64,000 nt of DNA from Ruminococcus sp. Its GTDB lineage: Bacteria > Bacillota > Clostridia > Oscillospirales > Acutalibacteraceae. Below the pieces are notes generated by a model. That model searched no databases and had not been told where the DNA came from. It saw only the letters and a list, made by a program, of their open reading frames with translations. Made by a program: the position numbers and the translations under genes. The stretch covers positions 18,577-82,576 of the forward strand of contig JAFTYK010000035.1 of assembly GCA_017464765.1 (NCBI GenBank). Direction: 5' to 3'. Below, in pieces: positions 10,127 through 18,566 of this stretch (position 1 is the first letter of the stretch; each line of letters opens with the position of its first letter).

Positions 10127-10615
10127 TTAGAGATATTTAAATGGGGCGGGAACAATTGGCGAATATTCATTTACATCAAACTTTTCATCAATAAAATCAT
10201 TGATATCAATTTCACCTGGATAATCATAAAATTCATCATATAGGATACTGAAATCAATCATATCTTCAGAGTCAGATGTTGTTGATATTCCTGACACTCC
10301 ATAGAAAGTACCTCTCCGTAATATAGTGTTTTCTTTATCCAGTGTCGAAGATGCTGTTACCTGATAAAAGAACGGGACTTTTATTCCCTTTGCTTCATTT
10401 GCCGCTAAATAAACATCTCCACTAAAGTACATCTCGATATATTTACCCTTGTCTTCAAATTCAAATTCCCTAATAGTACATCCAGATGAAACTAAGTCTT
10501 TACGAATTCTATCCTCAGTGATTTCACCACTAAAGTAAACATCATAAATCTTTCTTTCACATGCAACTTCCATTGCATATGCTAAATCTTCTATATCATA
10601 CTTTTTATTTGTCAT
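10127..10615 (-). CDS. hypothetical acidic protein
   Basis: 162-aa ORF with AAGGAG RBS; no motif recognised. Confidence 0.75.
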   Translation of the reverse strand: MTNKKYDIEDLAYAMEVACERKIYDVYFSGEITEDRIRKDLVSSGCTIREFEFEDKGKYIEMYFSGDVYLAANEAKGIKVPFFYQVTASSTLDKENTILRRGTFYGVSGISTTSDSEDMIDFSILYDEFYDYPGEIDINDFIDEKFDVNEYSPIVPAPFKYL

Positions 10616-10635
10616 AATAATAACTCCTTTTAATT

Positions 10636-11037
10636 TTATTTATATTTTCTTTCACAACTTAATTCAAGCCAGTAAATAGCCATTTCTTCTAATAGTGCAT
10701 TAAACTCTTCAACAGATAGATTTTTTGGACATTCTTTCTCATAAAACTCATCGTCATACTCAATGTCAAGAAGTTTTATTGAATAGTCTGCTTCAAACTG
10801 CTCAACAGTTTTATCAAACATCTGCAAATCTTTTTCTGTTAAAGTGGTTAATACATTACCATTATCGAGATACACATACCACCATGTTCGTTCATATGTA
10901 AGTTTCATAAACTCTCCATTATCAAAGTCAAACTCGTATAATGAATCCTCGCCTACGACATATGTATTGTTTAATACATCTTCATAACTTGACAAAGATT
11001 TTTTTATGGTACAATCTTCTCTCATACAATATTTCAT
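10636..11037 (-). CDS. hypothetical acidic protein
   Basis: AAGGAGG RBS before ATG 11037; no motif recognised. Confidence 0.75.
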   Translation of the reverse strand: MKYCMREDCTIKKSLSSYEDVLNNTYVVGEDSLYEFDFDNGEFMKLTYERTWWYVYLDNGNVLTTLTEKDLQMFDKTVEQFEADYSIKLLDIEYDDEFYEKECPKNLSVEEFNALLEEMAIYWLELSCERKYK

Positions 11038-11063
11038 AATGATTTCCTCCTTTCTCAAATAAT

Positions 11064-11113
11064 AAAAAAATCACAACTTCTCGGAAGGACGGATGAAAAC
11101 CGAAAAGTTGTGA
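11064..11113 (-). terminator. leader terminator/attenuator upstream of the integrase operon
   Basis: 14-bp stem (one G-U on minus strand) followed by U7, just upstream of the RBS of 10636-11037. Confidence 0.7.
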
Positions 11114-11220
11114 AAAATAAAAAGGATTTTAGATTTTAAACCATTCGTTATCACTGTCATCTCGCAGGCAATCAAAGATTACCATTATACAATTCTCATC
11201 TGTTCGTTCTGGAAGTTGTA

Positions 11221-11396
11221 AATCAAAATTGAAACATCAGTACTAGCAAGTTTGAGGTTTGCCATTACCTGTTAACTGAAAATTCAGTGTGTTTTTAGAT
11301 ACACCCCCATATAAAGGGGATAAACTGAAAATTCAGGTGTTTTTCGGTACACCCCCAAGTGAGGGGATAAGTACCGATGCCTCAATTTTTGATTGT
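11221..11396 (-). ncRNA. putative structured leader RNA with two internal repeat modules
   Basis: ~24-bp closing stem whose mismatches are G-U on the minus strand; starts just after a consensus promoter. Confidence 0.55.
11274..11370. repeat. two ~49-bp imperfect tandem repeats
   Basis: AACTGAAAATTCAG(T)GTGTTTTT..TACACCCCCA...AGGGGATAA twice. Confidence 0.9.
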
Positions 11397-11402
11397 GTAG
11401 AG

Positions 11403-11431
11403 ATTATAACACATTATTTGTAATTTGTCAA
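11403..11431 (-). promoter_or_regulatory. consensus sigma-A promoter
   Basis: TTGACA-17bp-TATAAT with TGn on the minus strand. Confidence 0.85.
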
Positions 11432-11478
11432 TACCCCGTTGCCTATTTCAATGAATAATTTACATAATAATTATTTAA

Positions 11479-11507
11479 TTGACTTTGCAAATAACATATG
11501 CTATAAT
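11479..11507 (+). promoter_or_regulatory. divergent sigma-A promoter
   Basis: TTGACT-17bp-TATAAT with TGn. Confidence 0.75.
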
Positions 11508-11538
11508 AAATTTGCAATAAAATTCAAGTTATTAAGAG

Positions 11539-12432
11539 GTGATAAACTTGCAATATATAAAAAGATTTCATAAAAATGCTATCTCGATTTTACAAGAAAA
11601 GTACCCATTTATGACATTTACTTGTGTTTATCATATTGGTGCTGAAATGGTTTCGAAAGCAGAATCTGATACCATTTTTGTTCTTTCATCTTTGTCCGAC
11701 CTTGGAGATAGTATGCAGATACTTCTCTGTCTGAAGTACATATTCAAGCAATCATCTTATCTTCTTGTATTAGATAACGAAGATATTTCTACCGCAAAGA
11801 TTGAAAAAGTTTCAGATATCCGTTATGACATAGTACCAGATGACAAATTATTGTCAATAAAAAAGCCACTGACAGATGAACTGCTAAAACATTTAGATGA
11901 TGAGTTATCAATATATCAACTGCCTGCAAACTTTCCTTATTACTACTGGAAGTACGAACTTGGTGAAATCAAACTATCAGATGCATATGGCAGTATGGGA
12001 TTTTCTAAACCGTACTTTTACAAACTGTGCGAAATCTTTGAGAACACTCTCACATACTATGTACAACAATATCATTCATCTGTAAAAATAATTCAAGCAC
12101 CAAAGAAACGAGAAACCAACTACGAAAAAATGATTGACATCCTTGCTCCCTTTGTTAATGTTGGTTTAACTTTCGAAGCATTATCAACCCTCGAAAGCGA
12201 ATTAAACACATGTTGGGTTGACCTATGGCGAACTTTACTGTCGTTGAGAAAGTCTCGCTATTACTATTACTATTTGAAAGATAACCCCACTCTAAAAAAG
12301 AAAACTCTTTACCTTGACATTAACACTGCTCTCGATGCACTAATTTCAAATCCAACAGTGTTTATCCAAATGAATTCAGTACAAATGTTACAGTACACAG
12401 CACCAAAAGAAAGATTAGTATCATTTCTATAA
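11539..12432 (+). CDS. degenerate resolvase-like/HTH protein
   Basis: DTIFVLSSLSDLG resembles the resolvase DTLVVTKLDRL strand; GEIKLSDAYGSMGFSKPYFY is HTH-like; no YxRVS. Confidence 0.5.
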   Translation: MINLQYIKRFHKNAISILQEKYPFMTFTCVYHIGAEMVSKAESDTIFVLSSLSDLGDSMQILLCLKYIFKQSSYLLVLDNEDISTAKIEKVSDIRYDIVPDDKLLSIKKPLTDELLKHLDDELSIYQLPANFPYYYWKYELGEIKLSDAYGSMGFSKPYFYKLCEIFENTLTYYVQQYHSSVKIIQAPKKRETNYEKMIDILAPFVNVGLTFEALSTLESELNTCWVDLWRTLLSLRKSRYYYYYLKDNPTLKKKTLYLDINTALDALISNPTVFIQMNSVQMLQYTAPKERLVSFL

Positions 12433-12441
12433 TTAAAACAT

Positions 12442-12469
12442 AAACCGTCTGCTTAATTGCAGGCGGTTT
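12442..12469. terminator. intrinsic terminator
   Basis: AAACCGTCTGC-TTAATT-GCAGGCGGTTT. Confidence 0.75.
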
Positions 12470-12631
12470 CTTCATTTATCATCTATACTAACTTATTTAT
12501 ATCTAAACATGGCAAATTAGACTATCATCTATATACTTAATTAAAAGTATATGAAAATAGCCTTCTTTTTAAAGATATGATACTAATAATTACATTACCC
12601 TTTGCAATTAAAAGTATGTATGTTATATATA

Positions 12632-13654
12632 CTAAGAAGAATCGAGATACCATCTCTTTACTGTTTCGTTGGTATCTATAAGAGTATAAGTTCTTCTTTC
12701 TCTGTCTCGTTTTTTGTGTATGCATAATTCATTCTTCTTTCTGTGTAATGTCTTTATCAGGTGGCGGATGCTAATTGTGAATTGGATTGGTACTTCACAA
12801 GAATATGGGCAGATGCCCACTTTTTTTAACTTGCGGATTACAGCAAGTTGTTTTGTTCTTTGCTTTTTATCATTGAACGATGGGTCTTCGTTCATTTGCT
12901 TTAATACTTCAAAATCAGATTTTGTTAGATACTTACTTGCTTCTTTGTAAAGTTTATGCTGGTTTAAAATCATTTTGTCCAATGCATATTCAGATAACAT
13001 GCGATTCCAAGCAAATGCGGCTAAGTACGGGATAGTTAGAATTTGATGTAAATTGAGTTTGCATTTAAAAATCTTTTTTAATTTACTCTTATTAATTTGA
13101 AATTCAAATCGTACTGTAGGTGGCAGTTCTGCTTTTTCTTCTACGGTGAGGTTGTCATCTTTATCTTTTCGATATACTCGTAAACCTTTTCCTTTTTTGC
13201 TTTGAGATGTGTAACCTGTTTCATAATCTCTTCTCGTTTCACAGCGAGATGGCAATATCTTATTTGCGAAATCTTCTACTAATTTCGCTACCTTATCATC
13301 GTGAAATACAAAGTCTTTATTCAAGTCAAGTCGAGAAATATAGAAATCAGTGGTGTCATACCCGATGTAAAGTTCATCGGTAAGTACTTTTGCTATCGCT
13401 TCCTCTACAACATCTGATTTTGAATAGTCATAAGCAATCGCATTCCTGCCGTGTTGAACTTTGGATGCGGAAAACTGAATAGAAAGACAGCGAGAAATAG
13501 GATAATAACTCATATATACTGATGCACCGTTTTCAAGATATATTGTCTTATCTTTAAAAGGTGTACTTCTTACATTCTTTTTATCCTTCCAACCTTTTAG
13601 TTCATTAAACCAGGTTATATTAACATATGTTGAAGCACGAAGTGTATCTAACAT
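12632..13654 (-). CDS. phage/plasmid gene II/X (Rep_trans-fold) replication initiator or relaxase
   Basis: MLDT start, ISRLDLNKD (RxDxxxD), RVYRKD (YxK), VRFEFQ (RxE); GGAGGTGA RBS. Confidence 0.72.
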   Translation of the reverse strand: MLDTLRASTYVNITWFNELKGWKDKKNVRSTPFKDKTIYLENGASVYMSYYPISRCLSIQFSASKVQHGRNAIAYDYSKSDVVEEAIAKVLTDELYIGYDTTDFYISRLDLNKDFVFHDDKVAKLVEDFANKILPSRCETRRDYETGYTSQSKKGKGLRVYRKDKDDNLTVEEKAELPPTVRFEFQINKSKLKKIFKCKLNLHQILTIPYLAAFAWNRMLSEYALDKMILNQHKLYKEASKYLTKSDFEVLKQMNEDPSFNDKKQRTKQLAVIRKLKKVGICPYSCEVPIQFTISIRHLIKTLHRKKNELCIHKKRDRERRTYTLIDTNETVKRWYLDSS

Positions 13655-13794
13655 TTTTTCACCTCCTTTTTTCCGATTTTCAGAAAGTTTAAGAGATGTT
13701 TTTGAAAAAATCAAGTATTTTCGTATATCAAAAAACTTGAAATTTAAAAATTTTCATGTCATGCTTACTAAAAATTCAAAAAAGGAGTGATTAT

Positions 13795-14112
13795 ATGACT
13801 CAAAGTGAAAGGTCATATCTAGAAGAGAAACTCTTCTTGCAAACAAACTTAAACCCAGAACTTCGTAAATGCATTGAAGAAATATACAATGAATATAAAA
13901 CCATAAAGAAAAGATATCCTTCGATGCATGAAGCAAAATTCGGAATGAGATATTTAAAGATGATATTGAGTAATAAAAGTAACGAAAAACCGAATTATAA
14001 AGAAATCAGGAGATATACTAAGGAACCACAAACCACTTACTACACTTACAGAAAGATGGTATTAGAGTATATTGGCATAAAGATTAAAGAACAAAATAGC
14101 ACCTCGGACTAA
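13795..14112 (+). CDS. small basic putative DNA-binding protein
   Basis: AGGAG RBS; basic; C-terminal HTH-like PQTTYYTYRKMVLEYI; divergent from rep. Confidence 0.6.
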   Translation: MTQSERSYLEEKLFLQTNLNPELRKCIEEIYNEYKTIKKRYPSMHEAKFGMRYLKMILSNKSNEKPNYKEIRRYTKEPQTTYYTYRKMVLEYIGIKIKEQNSTSD

Positions 14113-14131
14113 ATCCGAGGCGCTATTTTTT
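14093..14131 (+). terminator. intrinsic terminator
   Basis: AAAATAGCACCTCGGA...TCCGAGGCGCTATTTTTT. Confidence 0.75.
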
Positions 14132-14563
14132 ATAGGCAGTTTTATGGTCATCAATATGGTTATAACTAACCATAAGTATAACTATATTTAAACACATACT
14201 TATAACCATATTTTCCATCCTATTATATAACCTATTTATAACCATACTTTGACATATATAATTGACTATCTTTCTATACATATCCATCCAACCATTAATC
14301 CATACGATTTTAAAATCGATTTCCTCATTAAGTACACTTCACACAGAACTATATCAAAATACACCCAAAATGCATCCAAAATAATAGAATTTACTACTCT
14401 AATCGACCGCTACCACCCAGCAATCGATTCCACGATGCATCACGACAAATTCTTATTAATCGGTGTATGGATGGAACAAATAATTATTTAAAGTCAAGCC
14501 TTGTATTTAGGAAATTATCATGCTATCCTAAACTCCCAAAATTAATAGAAAGAAGGCTTGATT

Positions 14564-15070
14564 ATGAACTATAATAAAGAACTGTTTAAGGATATTTTCA
14601 CATCACTATATCAACACTTTGACGAGTATAGTGTCCATCCTTCCGAAATCACAGATATACACAAACAACTCGCTCAGGAGTATTGCCAAAATGCTTTGAT
14701 ATACTGCTATAATACAAAAAATGCATTAGAAAAAAATCCGATAAGAAATATCATAGCAACAGGGCTACTGGTAAATTATCTTTGGAACGAATTTGCAGGA
14801 GACGATATAGATAAATATATGCAAATCTCTGCTATCACTGATAATTATGAGATTAGTGCAGAAGAGATAATGACTGAAATACACTTAAAATATAAACCTG
14901 ATAAAATCCAAGAGTATTATAAACTGATTGATGAAATAACCAATTTTATCGAGTTTCTTACCCATCAAAAAGGTCTCGTTATAGGAGAGGATGGAATTTT
15001 AAAAACCACACTAACCGTATATTGTGCTTTATTTCTCTTTTGCTGTGTTTTATCCACTGATATGCACTAA
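14564..15070 (+). CDS. hypothetical protein
   Basis: ORF with GAAGG RBS and downstream hairpin. Confidence 0.6.
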   Translation: MNYNKELFKDIFTSLYQHFDEYSVHPSEITDIHKQLAQEYCQNALIYCYNTKNALEKNPIRNIIATGLLVNYLWNEFAGDDIDKYMQISAITDNYEISAEEIMTEIHLKYKPDKIQEYYKLIDEITNFIEFLTHQKGLVIGEDGILKTTLTVYCALFLFCCVLSTDMH

Positions 15071-15150
15071 AATTAAGAACAGACACATTGATTATCCAGT
15101 GTGTCTATTTAGTTTTTATTTGAAACAACTAAATAATTTTGAGTGAACAG

Positions 15151-15360
15151 TTGAATAAGTAAAACAAACTGTGCTATAATAATAGCACCACACAAAAACC
15201 TAATATCAACATTTAGTCAGAGAGGCCACATTTATCCTTTTGGTAAAAAAATGTGGGCTTTATTCGGCATTTCTGTTAAATGTTGATGGTTTTTGTGTGG
15301 TAACAAAACGAAGTCCGCATTTTTTAGGTGTGTGACTTCGTGTTACACACCTTTTTTATT
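15151..15360 (+). promoter_or_regulatory. promoter plus structured attenuator-like leader
   Basis: TTGAAT-18-TATAAT; 14-bp perfect stem 15187-15200/15288-15301; terminator 15326-15360. Confidence 0.65.
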
Positions 15361-15376
15361 TTCAGGAGGATTTATT

Positions 15377-16594
15377 ATGAAAAAGATTATTTCAATCTTA
15401 TGCATTGTAGCAATGATGCTGTCATTTACTACAATATGTGCAAATGCATGGGCGATTTCCGACAAAGAGGGCGAAGATTATGACTTTGAGCCATTATCAT
15501 ATGTTGGTTTTGTCGGTGATGTAGATTCAACAGATGAAGTCAATATTGTTGATGCTACATATATTCAGATGCACATTGCAAAGTTAGTTGAGTTAAGGGG
15601 TGCAAATTACATACTGGCTAATGTTGACCAGTCCGATTCAATCAATATTATCGATGCAACTTGCATCCAGATGTGGGTTGCTAAACTCCCTGTCAAAGCA
15701 CCAATATATCATCAGTTAGGTGATGATGATTTTGGTGACCATATTTGCTCTTATTCTATCAACTTCGTTTCTAACAAGTGTCAGCAGGGATTTGTTGAAT
15801 ACAATTGTAACGAGTGTTTGAACTACTACACTTCACACGAGAAAGAACCTTCACACGATTGGGAAGTTGTTGAAGTGAAAGAACCTGATTGTACTGATGG
15901 CTACACAGACCTTAAATGTAAAGACTGTGGTGCTACTGATTTTGTTTTAGATAGAGGCACTGGCACAGGTCATGATTGGGGTGAATGGCAGGTAGTAACT
16001 GAACCAGATTATGGTATCGAAGGCGAAGAAATATGTTACTGTTCAAAATGTAATGCACCTTGGTCTCGTACTCTGGACATGCTGATAGAAGGCAATCAGG
16101 ATGCTATTGCAGCAGCAAGAGAATTTATTAAAAAGCCTATGATGTTTACCTTTTTCTTTGATTCAGTTGAGAGTCTTAAAAAAGACGAATACAGAATAAA
16201 AAGTGTTGCTTACTATACAGTACCTTATGAGTACGAAGAATCAACAGGTAACTATTATTTTAAGAGAATCGACTTAGAAACTGCATTGCTTAAATACTTA
16301 GATACATCTTACGATTGGAAATCTCTCAATACAACAGAAGCCGAATACGGGGATATCGAGTATTATGATGAAGCTACAGACTGTGTTATTCAAAAATTCT
16401 ATCCACATGGAATGGGTGGTGGAACTCAATATCGAGTAAGTACTTGCATCGATAACGGAGACGGTACATATACTTTTTGGTTGGAATCAAAAGAACTTGG
16501 TCCATATGACTGGGAACCTCATACTGCAGAACTCGTGTTAAAGAAAACTGAACACGGCTATCCTGCAGTTTCACTTACAAAAGTTGAAAATTAA
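15377..16594 (+). CDS. secreted dockerin type I protein with Cys-rich repeats
   Basis: signal peptide; GDVDSTDEVNIVDATYIQ / ANVDQSDSINIIDATCIQ duplicated dockerin; HxW..EP..CxxC repeats. Confidence 0.85.
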   Translation: MKKIISILCIVAMMLSFTTICANAWAISDKEGEDYDFEPLSYVGFVGDVDSTDEVNIVDATYIQMHIAKLVELRGANYILANVDQSDSINIIDATCIQMWVAKLPVKAPIYHQLGDDDFGDHICSYSINFVSNKCQQGFVEYNCNECLNYYTSHEKEPSHDWEVVEVKEPDCTDGYTDLKCKDCGATDFVLDRGTGTGHDWGEWQVVTEPDYGIEGEEICYCSKCNAPWSRTLDMLIEGNQDAIAAAREFIKKPMMFTFFFDSVESLKKDEYRIKSVAYYTVPYEYEESTGNYYFKRIDLETALLKYLDTSYDWKSLNTTEAEYGDIEYYDEATDCVIQKFYPHGMGGGTQYRVSTCIDNGDGTYTFWLESKELGPYDWEPHTAELVLKKTEHGYPAVSLTKVEN

Positions 16595-16610
16595 ACACAT
16601 CACATAAGCA

Positions 16611-16641
16611 AAAAAGCGGCCGCTACATGCGGTCGCTTTTT
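16611..16641. terminator. bidirectional terminator
   Basis: AAAAAGCGGCCGC-TACAT-GCGGTCGCTTTTT. Confidence 0.8.
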
Positions 16642-16766
16642 CTGTACTCTATTTAGAAAGTTACTCACTATCCACCTCAACTATTGAGGTATTAATAGAG
16701 TAAAATAATTCCTCATAAATTGCAAGAAAATACACGGATGAGTTTGCGCTCATCCGTGCTCTAATA

Positions 16767-18542
16767 TCAAATAAGTTTACTACCAAATCCGTCAATGACT
16801 TCTTTGGAATCACGACCAGGAATAGGTTTACCCATTGCAAGTTCTATTGCATCAAGCAATTTAATCGCACGATAAATAATATGCTGTTCGAAATCATCAT
16901 TACGACAACAGTCTACGGAAATCCAGTGTGAATCTATATATGTATCTAATACACTGGATGTTACTTTACCTTTTTCCTCTATTCTAGAAAGATATTTACT
17001 TGGTGCAACTCCACCTATTTCTCTGTTAGTACTATATGATATAGGTGCTTTGTTTACAACAGAATTCCACTTACTTCTAGGATAGTCGTTCTTTTCACAG
17101 TAATCTCTCGGAAAGATATGATGGATATCGATGCTCTCAGATTTATACACAGTAAAGTCCATTTCACGACCACTTATGAAGTCTTTGCAATGATTTTTAA
17201 GAACCAATGCCATAATGCCCTTATATGCGGCACTCAAACGAGATTGTAGAGATAATAATCGTGTTGGATTAAAATAGGCATCCTGAACAGTTTTCGGAAC
17301 CTTGTTGCTATCTGCAATCCAATCCATAACACCAACTACATCATATACATAACGAGTTTCGTTTGCACCACCATACATTTCGCCAAAAACACCACACCAA
17401 TACCATTGTTTAATTTTGTCTTTGATACTTGTAATAGCAATTTTCTTATCTTCAATAAGCAAAGCACACAAAACTGCCATTGGTACGAATTGAGTAGTAT
17501 ATGGTAAATCTCTACTTAAGAAAATCCTTTCTTCTTGTAATATTTTTTCTGCTTCCAAGAAACCTTCGGTAAGTAAGTCTTTGTATTTTTTGTATTCTTC
17601 AAGAGAAAGGTTTAATACATCTTTCTTCTTACAACTTACAGTGCCTTTTTTCTTATATGTGGAAAGCAAAGTACATGCCGTTAAGAATGCGGTAGCATCT
17701 ACTACAGTAAGCAAATCTTTTCCAAAATATTTCTCTTTGCGGTCCTCCCAATCCTTTCGGAGTTCAAAGTCATCCATTGCAAAGATAGCGGTAACAAGTT
17801 CAAATACAGTAAGAGATACACCACCAGTGTTAACATTCTCAAAAACCTGACAAACCGCTTCTTTTGGAGTATCTTTACCTAATAAAATAACAGGGATTTT
17901 ATACTGCATAGTAGGAATTACAAGCATTGTATTAAATTTTGTAAACTCCTGAATGATATTAGCATCATAATTATAAAAAGCATAATAATTATTCTGCCAA
18001 TCCTGAATTTTAGCAAAATCCAAAATTATATTTAAAGGGAAAAGTTTATTTTCAAATTCCTTCTCTCTTGTCGAAATATTCAAGTCTTCAGTTCGTCCGA
18101 AATTGGATGTTACAATACGATTTTCAGGTACCGAGATAATTGCATCCAGTCTATCAATATCTGGTGATATTGCTTTTTCGATATCGATATAATAAAATCT
18201 CTTAATTTGTTTACCTTTATCAGTAACTGTATTAACTGCATTTTCACTATACAGAGACGAATACATAGAAGTTAATCGTTGCTGTCCATCCAAGATAAGT
18301 TCCGTTGGTACAGTATCTTTTGCAGGAGCACCTTCGATTACTCTATATTTAAATCGAATATTTTCGTTACCATACTCCAAAAACATTGCAGCACCGATAG
18401 GAAAATTACTTGTTATGCTGGCAATAAGAGCACGAATACGATTATCGTCCCAAACCCATCCTCTCTGGAAATCTGGTAATTGTGCTTTACCAGTATGTAC
18501 ATCTTTCATTAATTCACTTATAGGTCTATCATTTGTTTGCAT
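16767..18542 (-). CDS. DUF262 (GmrSD-like) protein with C-terminal HNH-like domain
   Basis: QLPDFQRGWVW, LILDGQQRLTS, FENVNTGG, DIHHIFP. Confidence 0.88.
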   Translation of the reverse strand: MQTNDRPISELMKDVHTGKAQLPDFQRGWVWDDNRIRALIASITSNFPIGAAMFLEYGNENIRFKYRVIEGAPAKDTVPTELILDGQQRLTSMYSSLYSENAVNTVTDKGKQIKRFYYIDIEKAISPDIDRLDAIISVPENRIVTSNFGRTEDLNISTREKEFENKLFPLNIILDFAKIQDWQNNYYAFYNYDANIIQEFTKFNTMLVIPTMQYKIPVILLGKDTPKEAVCQVFENVNTGGVSLTVFELVTAIFAMDDFELRKDWEDRKEKYFGKDLLTVVDATAFLTACTLLSTYKKKGTVSCKKKDVLNLSLEEYKKYKDLLTEGFLEAEKILQEERIFLSRDLPYTTQFVPMAVLCALLIEDKKIAITSIKDKIKQWYWCGVFGEMYGGANETRYVYDVVGVMDWIADSNKVPKTVQDAYFNPTRLLSLQSRLSAAYKGIMALVLKNHCKDFISGREMDFTVYKSESIDIHHIFPRDYCEKNDYPRSKWNSVVNKAPISYSTNREIGGVAPSKYLSRIEEKGKVTSSVLDTYIDSHWISVDCCRNDDFEQHIIYRAIKLLDAIELAMGKPIPGRDSKEVIDGFGSKLI

Positions 18543-18566
18543 CGAAAAACTCTCCTTTTCAACCCT

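Noticed and set aside
11240-11270. c-di-GMP-I riboswitch (GGCAAACC on minus strand)
   Set aside because: The following GAAA hairpin and GCAAAG elements are absent.
11274-11370. Canonical CRISPR array
   Set aside because: Only two units, the intervening sequence is itself repeated rather than a unique spacer, and no cas genes are in the window; kept only as a repeat-mimic hypothesis.
14249-14491. 80-aa ORF
   Set aside because: TTG start, no RBS, no recognisable features.
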